A stretch of 64,000 bases of DNA from Spirochaetia bacterium (GCA_965263295.1 OZ253665.1:352001-416000); one strand, 5' to 3'. Counted from the stretch's first letter, positions 1 to 10,900 are shown. The notes: a model not told the origin generated them from the sequence alone. Made by a program: numbers and translations.

Positions 1-2400
1 CATGTCAATGCGGTATATCAGTTTTTGCAAACTGAAGGCCGTCATAACTTCACTGTCGGTATTGAGGACGATGTGACTCACTTGTCTATTCCCGTCGCCG
101 AGCATATTGACATTACGCCCGCTTCTGTCAAGAGTTGCATGTTTTGGGGCTTGGGTTCGGATGGTACGGTCGGCGCCAACAAAAACTCAATCAAAATTAT
201 TGGCGGTAGCACCGAGCAGAATGCACAGGGTTACTTCGTTTACGACTCGAAGAAATCCTACGGTGTCACCGTATCGCACCTGCGCTTTGGCCACGATCCC
301 GTCAATATGCCGTACCTGATTACCGACGCGGACTTTGTCGCCTGTCATCACCCCAGTTATCCAGGACGCTATGACATTTTGGAGCCATTAAAAGAGGGGG
401 GGACCTTTCTGCTGAATACGGTCTTGGGGCCCGATGAAGTCCTAGCCAGCTTCACGGAAAAAGACCAGAAACTGCTGCGTGAAAAAAAGATACAATTTTA
501 CATTGTCGATGCCTTGAAAATTGCCAAAGAAGTGGGCCTTGGTATCCGCATCAACACTGTGATGCAAGCCGCATTTTTTCACCTTTCGGAAGTTTTGCCC
601 GCCGAACGCGCCACTAAGCTGATTAAAGACACCATCCATAAGTCCTACAAAAATAAGGGCGAAGACATTGTCAAGATTAATTGGGCCGCGGTGGATCAGG
701 CTATTGCCGGTTTACAAAAGGTTGAAATTCCGCCGGTTTTTTCCGTATCAGCTCCTGAACGCAATACTCTGGCCGATATTAGTGACAGATTCGCGGCCGA
801 GGTCATTGAGCCGGTTGCCCGCATGCAGGGCGATCAACTGCCAGTCTCCAAGATGAATTACGATGGTACCCTGCCCATCGGTACCAGTCGTCTCGAGAAA
901 AGGGAAATGGCTCTGGATGTGCCGAGGTGGTTGGCGGACAACTGTATTCAATGTAACCAGTGCGTTATGTCCTGTCCGCATTCCGTCATTCGCGCCAAGC
1001 AAATTGTGCCAGCAGACCTCCAGGAGGCGCCGTCTAGCTTCAATACCATTCCGGTCAGGGGCAAGGTCAGCCAAGGCCTGCGGTATCGACTGCAAGTTTA
1101 TACCCAAGACTGTACCGGTTGTGGCGTCTGCATTGATGTTTGTCCGGCCAAGGAAAAAGCCCTGACATTTTCGAGCTTGCCACTGGAACAGGAGGCGGGA
1201 CAGGTTGAAAACTTTACTTTCTTCGATAGGCTGCCGAATAACAACGAGGGCGCCCCAGCCAACTCAATCAGGGAAATTGGTCTGCGCAAGCCATACTTTG
1301 AGTTTCACGGAGCTTGTGCCGGCTGTGGTGAGACTCCATACTACCGGCTCGCGACCCAGCTTTTTGGCAACCGCATGATTATTGGTAATGCCACGGGGTG
1401 TTCGTCGATCTACGGCGGTACTTTTCCGACTATTCCATTTGCCAAAGACAGCAAGGGGCGCGGGGTCTCTTGGGGTAACTCTTTGTTTGAAGATAATGCC
1501 GAATACGCCTTGGGGATGCGTTTGGCCGTAGATCAGAATCGTAAAGCTTTACAGGCCGTCTGCGAGAAGTTGCTCGTTGCAGGCGTCGAGTTGGATGGTT
1601 TGTTGGCCGCGGCCCTGGCCGACTACAACGATAAGTCGGAAGAAGCTTTTGACCGCCAGGTGGCTATCAAGAAAGCGGCTCAAGAGATTTTGCCGTCTGC
1701 CGTGGCCGAGGTCAAACCCTTGTTGGAGAAATTGATTGAGTTGGGAGACTACTTTGTCGACAAGAGCGTCTGGGCCATTGGCGGAGATGGCTGGGCTTAC
1801 GATATTGGTTTTGGCGGGCTTGACCACGTTCTGTCGCAGAACTTTAATGTCAACATATTGGTCATGGATACTGAAGTTTATTCTAACACGGGTGGCCAGG
1901 CTTCAAAGTCCACGCCCATAGGCTCGACGGCGAAATTCGCGTATAAGGGGCGCCGAATGGGCAAAAAGGATATGGGTTTAATTGCGATGTCTTACGGCCA
2001 CGTGTATGTGGCTTCAGTGGCGATGGGGGCCAACCGCAATCAGGTCATTAAGGCATTTCTGGAAGCGGAGGCTTACAATGGCCCGTCAATAATTCTGGCT
2101 TATGCTCCCTGTATTGCGCATGGTATTGACATGGGGAAGACGCAAAGCGAGCAGAAGTTGGCCGTTGGGACAGGCTATTTTCCGCTGTATCGCTACAACC
2201 CGAACGCTTTACAGGGCGAGCGCCTGGCCTGGGAAAGTAAAAAGCCTGCACGTCCGATCAGCGACTTGTTGAATAACGAACGCCGTTATACGGCTCTAAA
2301 GAAGATTGCACCGGAGGCCATGGAGCAGCTGTTCCAAGAGGCAGACCTCGATGCCAAACGTCGCCATGGTTTTATGGAGGAGATTTCCAAGTATCTTTAA
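1..2400 (+). CDS. nifJ: Pyruvate:ferredoxin (flavodoxin) oxidoreductase, 5' end outside the window
   Basis: Frame is open from base 1. Motifs WGLGSDGTVGANKN, two ferredoxin motifs (CIQCNQC, CTGCGVCIDVCP), GACAGCGE, and the TPP motif GGDGWAYDIG...DTEVYSNTGGQ. Confidence 0.96.
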   Translation, partial: HVNAVYQFLQTEGRHNFTVGIEDDVTHLSIPVAEHIDITPASVKSCMFWGLGSDGTVGANKNSIKIIGGSTEQNAQGYFVYDSKKSYGVTVSHLRFGHDPVNMPYLITDADFVACHHPSYPGRYDILEPLKEGGTFLLNTVLGPDEVLASFTEKDQKLLREKKIQFYIVDALKIAKEVGLGIRINTVMQAAFFHLSEVLPAERATKLIKDTIHKSYKNKGEDIVKINWAAVDQAIAGLQKVEIPPVFSVSAPERNTLADISDRFAAEVIEPVARMQGDQLPVSKMNYDGTLPIGTSRLEKREMALDVPRWLADNCIQCNQCVMSCPHSVIRAKQIVPADLQEAPSSFNTIPVRGKVSQGLRYRLQVYTQDCTGCGVCIDVCPAKEKALTFSSLPLEQEAGQVENFTFFDRLPNNNEGAPANSIREIGLRKPYFEFHGACAGCGETPYYRLATQLFGNRMIIGNATGCSSIYGGTFPTIPFAKDSKGRGVSWGNSLFEDNAEYALGMRLAVDQNRKALQAVCEKLLVAGVELDGLLAAALADYNDKSEEAFDRQVAIKKAAQEILPSAVAEVKPLLEKLIELGDYFVDKSVWAIGGDGWAYDIGFGGLDHVLSQNFNVNILVMDTEVYSNTGGQASKSTPIGSTAKFAYKGRRMGKKDMGLIAMSYGHVYVASVAMGANRNQVIKAFLEAEAYNGPSIILAYAPCIAHGIDMGKTQSEQKLAVGTGYFPLYRYNPNALQGERLAWESKKPARPISDLLNNERRYTALKKIAPEAMEQLFQEADLDAKRRHGFMEEISKYL

Positions 2401-2540
2401 TATAATCGGACTTATTTTGTCCATATAAGTGCCTGATTATTAGGAGCTGAGCAGGTCCTACCAGTAATTTTTGTGTTGGAGGCTTGCCCTTTAGATATAG
2501 CTGTAAAAAGAGTATTTCAGGTTTTTTGGTGGCAAAAAAG

Positions 2541-2570
2541 AAAAAAGGACTCCGATAAACGGAGTCCTTT
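2541..2570 (-). terminator. Intrinsic terminator hairpin downstream of tRNA-Leu, possibly bidirectional
   Basis: aaaggactccg-ataaa-cggagtccttt perfect stem with an A-run on the left, which is a U-tract on the minus strand. Confidence 0.75.
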
Positions 2571-2572
2571 AG

Positions 2573-2656
2573 TGCGGCGAACTGGACTTGAACCAGCACG
2601 ACATTACTGCCACTAGCCCCTCAAGCTAGCGTGTCTACCTATTCCACCACCGCCGC
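2573..2656 (-). tRNA. tRNA-Leu (GAG)
   Basis: Reverse complement reads GCGGCGG-TGGTGGAATAGGTAGACAC-G-CTAGC-TTGAGGG-GCTAG, then a long variable arm, then GCTGGTTCAAGTCCAGT-TCGCCGC-A. CCA is not encoded. Confidence 0.95.
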
Positions 2657-2877
2657 AGGCAGAGCTAAAATTTTTAAGCATGATACGGAGGCCAGAGACA
2701 CTTGTCAACAGTTTATTGTATTATTTGCTTGACTTGAAATTATGTGGGTTGACTTTCGGGGCTTTAAAAATAGACTTCTATCAAACAGGCTAAAACGGTA
2801 TAATTCCTAGATTTTGCTGTAGTCTTGACAAATACCTTTTGGGGGGTATGGTATTAAATATATGGAGTGGCCTCATT

Positions 2878-4029
2878 ATGAATATCACAGTAAAACTTAG
2901 AACTTTATTTATACTTTCGTCCTTTGCTTATATCTTTGCTCTTGTCACATTATTCTCCTGTAGCAAAAAAGCCAGTTCAAGTAATGTCTCCGCCACAGGT
3001 GCACAAGTTGAAGTCACCGTCAGGCTGGGTACCGATGGATCTGGTGTCGATGACAAATCTTTCAATGCTTCGGCTTGGCGCGGTATCACTAACTTTTATG
3101 GCGACACTCCGGAAAACCCCAGCAAACGTGGGATTTATTATGATTACATAATCTCCAGCCATATGGACAAATATGTATCTAACTTGCGTTTGATGTCTGA
3201 AGGTGATTATGATCTGGTAATTGTCAACGGATTTACCTGGGCCGATGCCCTATCCCAGGTGGCACCTGAATACCCCGAACAAAAATATTTAATGGTTGAT
3301 GTCGATTGGCTGGCGAACGAAGCCCATAATGTAATGGAGGCTATATATGCCGAGGAGCAGGGGTCTTTCCTCGTCGGTGTCGCCACGGCTTTAAAGGCTA
3401 AGGAAATTGATGCGACGCCGAAATTTGGCTTTATTGGCGGGATACCTGGGGCTGTAATCACGCGCTTCCAGGTCGGATATATGCAGGGGATTCTGTCGAT
3501 ATCTCCAGATGCCGAGATTCTGGATTATTATGCTAACGATTGGGCTGACCCGGCGAAAGCGAAAGTCAAGGCTGAAGCTTGGTTTGACAATGGCGTATAT
3601 GCAATCTTCTCTGCTGCTGGCTCTACTGGCAACGGCACGATTCAAGTCGCGAAAGAGCACCGTCAACGGGGTGAAGATGTCTGGGCTATCGGTGTCGATT
3701 CTGATCAATACGCCGAAGGCATTTACGAAGAAGGCAAGTCGGCCATTCTGACTTCAATGGTTAAACGCGTTGACGCTGCCGCAGAACTTGCCTTGCGCAA
3801 TGTTAGGGAAGGAAAATTTAAGGCAGAAGTGATTCGCCTGGATTTAAGGAGTCATGGAGTGGGCCTCCCTGAAGCTAACCCCAACCTTTCCGATGAGATT
3901 ATGCATGAGTTGGGGAACTACGAAAAGAAAATAATAAATGGTGATATCGTAGTTGATCGCACTGTTTCTGAGTTTACCTCGGCTGGACATCTAGGTGAAG
4001 GTCTGATTTTACAGGCACAGGATGATTAA
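2878..4029 (+). CDS. BMP family ABC-transporter substrate-binding lipoprotein (nucleoside/purine-binding type)
   Basis: Signal peptide ending LFSC (lipobox). Motifs DDKSFN, FIGG, AAGSTGNG, WAIGVDSDQ, ILTSMVKRVD. Start placed at ATG 2878 after GGAG. Confidence 0.9.
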   Translation: MNITVKLRTLFILSSFAYIFALVTLFSCSKKASSSNVSATGAQVEVTVRLGTDGSGVDDKSFNASAWRGITNFYGDTPENPSKRGIYYDYIISSHMDKYVSNLRLMSEGDYDLVIVNGFTWADALSQVAPEYPEQKYLMVDVDWLANEAHNVMEAIYAEEQGSFLVGVATALKAKEIDATPKFGFIGGIPGAVITRFQVGYMQGILSISPDAEILDYYANDWADPAKAKVKAEAWFDNGVYAIFSAAGSTGNGTIQVAKEHRQRGEDVWAIGVDSDQYAEGIYEEGKSAILTSMVKRVDAAAELALRNVREGKFKAEVIRLDLRSHGVGLPEANPNLSDEIMHELGNYEKKIINGDIVVDRTVSEFTSAGHLGEGLILQAQDD

Positions 4030-4140
4030 GATTGGTCGTTAATTGACGGCTATATTAAATGAGCGAAATGACTTGCGTTGAATCTCAATTTTTTATATTT
4101 GGCAAAAGTGAAAAAACTTGTATTGACATGGCAAATATAC

Positions 4141-4169
4141 TTGACATAACTGAATCGGTTCCGTATGTT
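4141..4169 (+). promoter_or_regulatory. Sigma70-type promoter for the tRNA-Thr/rpmG/secE/nusG cluster
   Basis: TTGACA (4141-4146), 17-nt spacer, TATGTT (4164-4169), just upstream of tRNA-Thr. Confidence 0.7.
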
Positions 4170-4186
4170 ATCGCCAGTCTTGCCAA

Positions 4187-4259
4187 GCCTCTGTAGCTCA
4201 GTTGGTAGAGCACAACCATGGTAAGGTTGGGGTCACCGGTTCGAGTCCGGTCGGCGGCT
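4187..4259 (+). tRNA. tRNA-Thr (GGT)
   Basis: GCCTCTG-TAGCTCAGTTGGTAGAGC-A-CAACC-ATGGTAA-GGTTG...GGTTCGAGTCC. One T.C mismatch in the acceptor stem. Confidence 0.93.
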
Positions 4260-4311
4260 TTGGTATTTGTTTATTTAGCCTTTCAGGGCTATTTTTGGGG
4301 TATTTAAGGGT

Positions 4312-4488
4312 ATGGCAAAAAGCAAGAAAACTGCAGTTGAGTTGATTTCTTTACGTTGCGCCGTTTGTGGGCACAGAAACTACACAACGCGTAAGAATCG
4401 TCGTAATACGCAGGAAAAGCTGGAATTGAAAAAGTACTGCAAATGGTGTAAGGCTGCGACAACCCATAAAGAAGGCAAGATTAAATAA
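4312..4488 (+). CDS. rpmG: 50S ribosomal protein L33, Zn-ribbon (C+) form; absent from the supplied ORF track
   Basis: Manual translation MAKSKKTAVELISLRCAVCGHRNYTTRKNRRNTQEKLELKKYCKWCKAATTHKEGKIK (58 aa). Canonical position before tRNA-Trp/secE. Confidence 0.96.
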   Translation: MAKSKKTAVELISLRCAVCGHRNYTTRKNRRNTQEKLELKKYCKWCKAATTHKEGKIK

Positions 4489-4494
4489 GACAAT

Positions 4495-4567
4495 AGGTCA
4501 GTAGTTCAATTGGTAGAGCACTGGTCTCCAAAACCAGGTGTTGCAGGTTCGAGTCCTGCCTGGCCTG
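4495..4567 (+). tRNA. tRNA-Trp (CCA)
   Basis: AGGTCAG-TAGTTCAATTGGTAGAGC-A-CTGGT-CTCCAAA-ACCAG...GGTTCGAGTCC-TGC-CTGGCCT-G. Confidence 0.95.
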
Positions 4568-4651
4568 TCTTTTATGGGTTGCGCTGTTAAAGTTTGCAGC
4601 CTTTGTTTTGAAGCTTGCTTTTTGTGTGTCTTGTGCGTAAAGATTTGGGTT

Positions 4652-4834
4652 ATGAATATGTTGAGATTTATTCGCGAATGTGTGGCAGAGTTTAAAAAGG
4701 TTACTTGGCCCAGTCGTGAGACGGTTGTTTCTGCTTCCAAAGTGATGTTGTTGTCTACTTTTGTTTTTGTGTTGTTCTTTCTGGGGGTGGATAATCTGAT
4801 ACGTACTCTGCTATTACTCCTCTTGGGGGCATGA
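4652..4834 (+). CDS. secE: Preprotein translocase subunit SecE
   Basis: FIRECVAEFKKVTWPSR motif followed by one transmembrane helix. Lies between tRNA-Trp and nusG. Confidence 0.92.
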   Translation: MNMLRFIRECVAEFKKVTWPSRETVVSASKVMLLSTFVFVLFFLGVDNLIRTLLLLLLGA

Positions 4835-4931
4835 TTTGGGGGCATGATTGTCGAAATATGTTTTGTGTTTGGCTGTGTAATGCCGGAGATGTAGGGCGGA
4901 GTGAGAGACGAGCAAGGAAAGGCGGCAGATT

Positions 4932-5489
4932 ATGGCAAAGGGCTGGTATGTTCTACAGGCTTTGACAAGCCAGGAGAGTAGAGTTGAGAAATATATTCAA
5001 AACATTATTAATAGTGCGAAGTTTGAAGGTGTTTTGAATGCGGTGAAAGTCCCTTCTGAAACTGTTGCGGAAATTCGTAATGGTAAGAAAAGAAATGTAA
5101 ATAAAAAGTTTTTGCCAGGTTATGTCCTGGTGGAGATGGACCTGCCGCATGAGAACTGGCAGCCTGTTTGTTCCGAGCTGCGTGCTTTGCAGGGTGTTAC
5201 TGGTTTTGTCGGGTATGGCAAGCAGGTAAAACCGCAACCTATTTCTAAGGAAGAAGCACGTGCAATTTTACAGCGCAGTGGTGATATTAGGTCAGATGTG
5301 AAGTTTCAAGTGCGCCAGGATTACACCGTCGGAGAAGAGATCAAAATTATTTCAGGTCCTTTTGAAAGTTTTGCGGGTCGTATTGATGAGGTGTTTCCAG
5401 AGCATAGCAAGTTGAAGGTTATGGTGGCAATTTTTGGTCGCGATACTCCTGTAGAACTTGATTTTGAAGAAGTGGAAAAAGTAATTTGA
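4932..5489 (+). CDS. nusG: Transcription termination/antitermination factor NusG
   Basis: WYVLQ, KKFLPGYVLVEM, VTGFVG, KOW motif GPFESFAGRI, IFGRDTPVELDF. Confidence 0.97.
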   Translation: MAKGWYVLQALTSQESRVEKYIQNIINSAKFEGVLNAVKVPSETVAEIRNGKKRNVNKKFLPGYVLVEMDLPHENWQPVCSELRALQGVTGFVGYGKQVKPQPISKEEARAILQRSGDIRSDVKFQVRQDYTVGEEIKIISGPFESFAGRIDEVFPEHSKLKVMVAIFGRDTPVELDFEEVEKVI

Positions 5490-5515
5490 GTCCTTTCGTT
5501 TAGATTGGAAATTTT

Positions 5516-5562
5516 GTGGGAGCTGCTTTTCCCTTTCGATATAAAAGTAGCGCGATTACCAC
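5516..5562 (+). promoter_or_regulatory. Putative L1-binding autoregulatory leader of rplK-rplA
   Basis: Outer stem GTGG/CCAC, asymmetric internal loop, inner stem GCTGCTTTT/AAAAGTAGC, directly before the rplK RBS (GGAGGA). Matches the architecture of known L1-binding mRNA sites. Confidence 0.6.
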
Positions 5563-5573
5563 ATGGAGGAATT

Positions 5574-6011
5574 ATGGCAAAAAAAAGAAAGGAAGTAACG
5601 GCAATTGTAAAATTGCAAGCCCCTGCAGGTAAGGCCACGCCTGCGCCGCCTATCGGTCCAGCTTTGGGTCCTCATGGCGTCAGTGCTCCGCAATTCGTGC
5701 AGCAATTTAATGATGCCACTAAAAATATGGAACCGGGTCTGATTATCCCGGTTGAATTAACGATTTATAATGATCGTACTTACGAGTTTATTTTAAAAAC
5801 TCCACCGGCTTCGGTTCTACTTAAAAAGGCCGCCAAGATTGACAAAGGTTCCAAATTGCCCCACAAGGAAAAGGTCGCGACCATCACCCGTTCTCAGGTG
5901 CAGCAAATTGCAGAAACTAAGATGCCGGACTTGAACGCCAACGATATGGAAGCTGCAATCAATATTGTGGCGGGGACGGCCCGCAGCATGGGCATCCTGG
6001 TTGAGGGTTGA
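5574..6011 (+). CDS. rplK: 50S ribosomal protein L11
   Basis: [43 protein letters not shown] 5574 follows GGAGGA. Confidence 0.97.
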   Translation: MAKKRKEVTAIVKLQAPAGKATPAPPIGPALGPHGVSAPQFVQQFNDATKNMEPGLIIPVELTIYNDRTYEFILKTPPASVLLKKAAKIDKGSKLPHKEKVATITRSQVQQIAETKMPDLNANDMEAAINIVAGTARSMGILVEG

Positions 6012-6015
6012 CTAT

Positions 6016-6702
6016 ATGGCAAACAAAGGTAAAAAATTTCGTGCGGCAGCGGAAAAGGTCGGGGAAAATCCTTTGCCTGTCGATGAGGCAATCAAATTGA
6101 TAAAAGGAATTTCTTTTGCCAAATTTGATGAGACAATTGAAGTTGCCGCTAAGTTGAATCTGAAGAAAAGTCATTCGGTCCGTGATATAGTGGTTTTGCC
6201 TAACCAGTTTCGCCCTGAAGCTCGCGTGCTCGTTTTTGCCCAGGGGGACAAGGCAAAGGAAGCTGAAGAAGCGGGGGCGATTCATGTCGGAGGGGCAGAG
6301 TTGGTGAGAAAAATTCAAGGCGGCTGGCTTGAATTTGACGTGTGCGTGGCGACGCCCGACATGATGAAAGATGTCGGTAGGTTGGGACAGGTACTGGGGC
6401 GCCGGGGTATGATGCCTAACCCAAAGACCCGCACGGTGACGATGGACATTAAGGGTGCTTTGGCAGAATTGAAGTTGGGGCGCACTGAATTTCGTGCGGA
6501 TAAAGGCGGTGTTGTGCACTTGGCGATTGGTAAAGTAAAGTCGATGGACGATGAAAAAATCAAGCAGAACTTGTTGTCTCTAGTTGAAGGTTTGGAGGCT
6601 AAGCGTCCGACTGATGTTAAAGGTGATTACATCCGTACTCTCTCTTTGTCTTCGACTATGGGGCCGGGTGTTCGCGTCGAATTGAGCAGCGTACAGACTT
6701 GA
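6016..6702 (+). CDS. rplA: 50S ribosomal protein L1
   Basis: KFDETIE, ATPDMM, LGRRGMMPNPKT, SSTMGPG. Confidence 0.97.
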   Translation: MANKGKKFRAAAEKVGENPLPVDEAIKLIKGISFAKFDETIEVAAKLNLKKSHSVRDIVVLPNQFRPEARVLVFAQGDKAKEAEEAGAIHVGGAELVRKIQGGWLEFDVCVATPDMMKDVGRLGQVLGRRGMMPNPKTRTVTMDIKGALAELKLGRTEFRADKGGVVHLAIGKVKSMDDEKIKQNLLSLVEGLEAKRPTDVKGDYIRTLSLSSTMGPGVRVELSSVQT

Positions 6703-6716
6703 GTTCGACAGGAGTT

Positions 6717-7250
6717 ATGATCGTGGAAAAAAAAGTTCAACAGTATAAGAAGGATGCCGTCTCTGAGTTGCGAAAGCTTCTGGAGGACAGCCAAAGCTAT
6801 GTTCTTGTCAATTACCGAGGCCTGGCCGTAAAGCAGATTACCAGCCTGCGCAGAAAACTGCGTGAGGAAGGGGCGAAATTTCACGTTGTCAAGAATAATT
6901 ATTTGAAAATCGCTTTAGATCAGAGTGAAAAACCTTACGAGGACAGTGCTCTGAAGGGTCCCACAGCTATTGCTGTCATGGCCGGCGATGCCAGTGCTGC
7001 GGTTAAGGTCATTGCCGAGTTCCCGCACGAACAGGCTCTGGAAATGAAGAGTGGCGTTATTGATGGTAGTGTTTTTGACCGGGCCGGCCTGCTTGAGTAC
7101 TCTAAACTGCCGAGTAAGTCTGAACTTATTGCTAAACTTTTGGCTGTGCTCAATGCTCCAGCTCGGCAGACAGCGGGGGTCCTACATGCTTCGGTGGCTC
7201 AATTGCTATATGCTTTGAATGCGCTCAAAGATAAGCAGGAAAAGACTTAG
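6717..7250 (+). CDS. rplJ: 50S ribosomal protein L10
   Basis: YRGL...LRRKLR...VVKN, LKGPTAIA, SKLPSKSELIAKL. ATG 6717 follows AGGAG. Confidence 0.94.
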   Translation: MIVEKKVQQYKKDAVSELRKLLEDSQSYVLVNYRGLAVKQITSLRRKLREEGAKFHVVKNNYLKIALDQSEKPYEDSALKGPTAIAVMAGDASAAVKVIAEFPHEQALEMKSGVIDGSVFDRAGLLEYSKLPSKSELIAKLLAVLNAPARQTAGVLHASVAQLLYALNALKDKQEKT

Positions 7251-7348
7251 TTTTATTTTCAAAAGATAGGCAGTCAGCCTTCAGCAATTTCTGTTATCGT
7301 CATGCTGCTGTCTAAAACAAAAATTTATATATTTAGGAGGAAGTTAAT

Positions 7349-7717
7349 ATGACGGTAGAAAATCTGGTTGAAGAAATCAGTAAGTTGACTGTGCTTGAAG
7401 TTTCCGAGCTGGTAAAGGCACTGGAAGACAAATTTGGTGTCAGCGCCGCAGCTCCAGTTGCAGCTGTTGCCGCTCCGGCTGCCGCTTCTGCTGAGGAAGA
7501 ACAGACAGAGTTTGACGTAATTCTGACTGGTGTCGAGGATGGCAAGAAGATTGCCTTGATCAAAGAAGTCCGAGCATTGACTGGTTTGGATCTTAAAGGC
7601 GCCAAGGAGTTTGTTGAAAATCCGGGTAAGGCTGTCAAGGAAGCCGTTTCTAAGGATGAGGCCGCTGAGCTAAAAAGTAAGCTGGAAGCTGCCGGAGGCA
7701 AGATCGAAATTAAATAA
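7349..7717 (+). CDS. rplL: 50S ribosomal protein L7/L12
   Basis: [49 protein letters not shown]. Confidence 0.97.
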   Translation: MTVENLVEEISKLTVLEVSELVKALEDKFGVSAAAPVAAVAAPAAASAEEEQTEFDVILTGVEDGKKIALIKEVRALTGLDLKGAKEFVENPGKAVKEAVSKDEAAELKSKLEAAGGKIEIK

Positions 7718-7780
7718 TTGATTGGTGCCGTTTGGCTACCTACCATCAAGTGAGTTTGCTGAGCCTTTAGAATCTTGTTG

Positions 7781-7817
7781 AAGGATGGAATAGAGCATTG
7801 TCGTCATTCCATCCTTT
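7781..7817 (+). terminator. Hairpin (possible attenuator) between rplL and rpoB
   Basis: 11-bp stem aaggatggaat/attccatcctt with a weak T-rich tail. An attenuator is known at this position in E. coli. Confidence 0.5.
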
Positions 7818-7929
7818 CTGTGTCATTTCGTTTGCGGAATGGAGAGAAGCTGTGATGGACTGAGATGAGCATACAAGTACGACAAATGTATAACTACCTC
7901 TTATTGGGTTACGCTGCGAGGAGAAGCCT

Positions 7930-10900
7930 GTGGGCAACGAGACAAAAGACATTGCTTTAGAGAAACTGATGAGCAAGATAGAGCGGAATTATGTCGGCGA
8001 AGAATATAGTGAAGTTCTTGCTCTGCCGAATCTCGTGGAAGTGCAAACATTGTCTTATGAACGTTTTCTTTCTAATTCTATTCAAGGAGAGCAAAAAGTC
8101 AGCGAAAATTTGCAGGATGTCTTTAATTCTGTATTCCCGATTGAAAGCCCTAATGGCGATCTCTTGATTGAGTACGTTGATTTTTCTCTTGATTATCATG
8201 GTGTCCGCTTCTCGGAAGCCGAATGTAAAAGAAAAGGTCATACTTACGCCGTGCCATTGAAGGCCAGAATTAATCTGGTGTTCCAGCACACCGGAGAGAT
8301 TCGTCAAAAAGGAATTTATATGGGAGATATTCCCATTATGACAGAACGTGGTACCTTTGTTATTAACGGTATTGAACGTATTGTCGTTTCACAATTGCAC
8401 CGTTCGCCCGGTGTCATTTTCAATAATGACAAAGGTGTGTATTCTTCGCGAATTATACCTTATCGCGGCTCTTGGCTGGACTTGGAAGTAGACTCTAAAA
8501 AAGAAGTTGTATATACTAAGATAGACCGCAAAAAACGAATTTTAGTCACGATGTTCTTGCGCGCTCTGGGGCTAAGTACGCGTGAAGAGATCATTGACGC
8601 TTTTTACAAGTCCAAGACGGTGCGTTTGTCGCAGAAGGCCGTCAAGGATTTGCCGGGTTCATATCTGGCCAAGGCGGTCTACGTCAAAGACGAAAACGGT
8701 AGTGAACGCAAGTTGTATCGCGCCGGTGAAAAACTGATGCCTCACGATATTGATGACTTGCAGCACAGCAAAGTCAGCTCAATCAGCATTATCGACATGT
8801 TGGCGGAAGGTTCACTGAACTCGGCTGTGATTTTAAACTGTTTTAAGCGCGAAGCCGGTCTGTTTGCCGAGGACCTTGAAAACAAAAAGGATGAGCCTTC
8901 GCGCGAAGATGCATTTGGCATAGTTTATTCGACGTTGCAGCCTGGTGATCCCGTTACAGTTGAAGCGGCTGATCGCGAGCTACAGAGTATTTTTTTCTCC
9001 GCCCGTCGCTACGACCTGGGCAAGGTGGGGCGTTATAAATTAAACAAAAAGCTCGAAACAAAGGCGCCCAGCACGCTTCAGGTACTGACAATTGAAGATA
9101 TCATTCTTACCGTCAAGCACTTGATTAAAGTCTACGAAGGCTACGAGTCCATAGACGATATCGACCATATGGGCAACCGTCGTGTACGTTCGGTAGGCGA
9201 GCTAATGGCCAACCAGCTCAAGACGGCTTTTAGCCGTATGGAGCGCATTGTGCGCGAACGCATGCCGCTCAAAGATGCCGAGACTTTGAATCCGCAGGAT
9301 CTAATTTCAACTAAGCCGATCGTTTCTGCGATCAAGGATTTTTTTGGTTCCAGCCAGTTATCCCAGTTCATGGAACAGGTCAATCCTCTGGCGGAATTGA
9401 CCCACAAACGGCGCTTGAATGCTTTGGGCCCCGGCGGCTTGTCGCGCGATCGCGCCGGTTTTGAAGTGCGTGATGTGCATTATTCTCATTACGGTCGCAT
9501 GTGCCCGATTGAAACCCCTGAAGGACCGAATATTGGCCTTATCGTTTCACTGGCTAATTATACTCGTATCAATGAATTCGGTTTTTTGGAAACGCCTTAT
9601 CGCCGAGTTGTTAATGGCAAAGTGACCGATCAGATTGAATTTTTGTCTGCCATGGATGAGGAGAAGTGTTACATCGCCCAGGCTTCTGCCGCAATTGATG
9701 AAAGGGGCAACTTTACCGATGAACTAGTGGCTGTGCGCCGTTCTGGAGATTATACCAACAAAACTCCAGATGAGATTGAATATATGGACGTTTCGCCACG
9801 GCAGATCATTTCCACGGCGGCTTCGTTGATTCCTTTTCTGGAGCATGATGATGCCAACCGCGCTTTGATGGGTTGTAACATGCAGCGTCAGGCTGTGCCT
9901 CTGTTGTTCCCTGAGGCCCCCGTTGTCGGCACCGGCATGGAAGCCAAAGCCGCTTATGATGCCGGCATTGTCGCAAAAGCTTGTGAGAGTGGGGAAGTGA
10001 CCTATGTTACTTCGACAGAAATTCGCATTCGCCATGAAGGCGAAGATAAGGACACGAGTTACCCTTTAATCCAGTATGGCCGCACCAACCAGGATACTTC
10101 TTTCCATCAGCGTCCTCTGGTGAGTTTGGGCGATCGTGTCGAGAAGGGGGAATTGATTGCCGATGGTCCGGCAACGGACAAGGGTGAACTGGCTCTGGGT
10201 CGCAACTTGCTGGTCGGTTTTGTGCCTTGGAACGGTTATAATTTTGAGGATGCCGTTTTGATATCGCAGAAAGTCGTCAAGGAAGACTGCTACACTTCAA
10301 TCCATATTAAGGAATTTTCGATTCAGATTCGTGAAACTAAGTTGGGCCTAGATAAAATTACGCGCGACATTCCCAATATTGCGGATAAGAGTCTGGGGCA
10401 TTTGGACGAGGAAGGTATTGTGCGCATCGGCGCTCAAGTCAAATCGGGAGATATTCTAGTCGGTCGCATTACACCAAAATCGGAGTCTGATAGCACGCCC
10501 GAATTCCGTTTGTTGAACTCTATATTTGGAGAAAAGGCCCGTGACGTGCGCGATACTTCGTTGAAATTGCCTCACGGTGTGGAAGGTACAGTTGTGGAAA
10601 TTCAGCGTCTGGCCCGTTCGGCTGGCGACAACTTGGACCCCGGAGTCAATGAGGTGATTAAGGTCGTTCTGGCTACTAAGCGCAAACTGAAGGAAGGTGA
10701 CAAGATGGCCGGTCGCCACGGGAACAAAGGCGTGGTCGCCCGCATTTTGCCCGAAGAGGACATGCCTTTCTTGGAGGATGGGACACCTCTGGAGGTTTGT
10801 CTGAATCCCTTGGGTATTCCATCCCGTATGAACATCGGCCAGATTCTGGAGACTATGTTGGGGCATGCGGGCAAGCGCCTGAACAAATTTTACGAGGCTC

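Noticed and set aside
2573..4140. BMP gene between two tRNA genes as an integrated island
   Set aside because: No duplicated tRNA 3' end, no integrase, and BMP lipoproteins are native to spirochaetes.
4187..4259. tRNA-Thr as a pseudo-tRNA because of an acceptor-stem mismatch
   Set aside because: All other arms and invariant bases are intact, it has its own promoter and it is in the canonical location. A single mismatch is tolerated.
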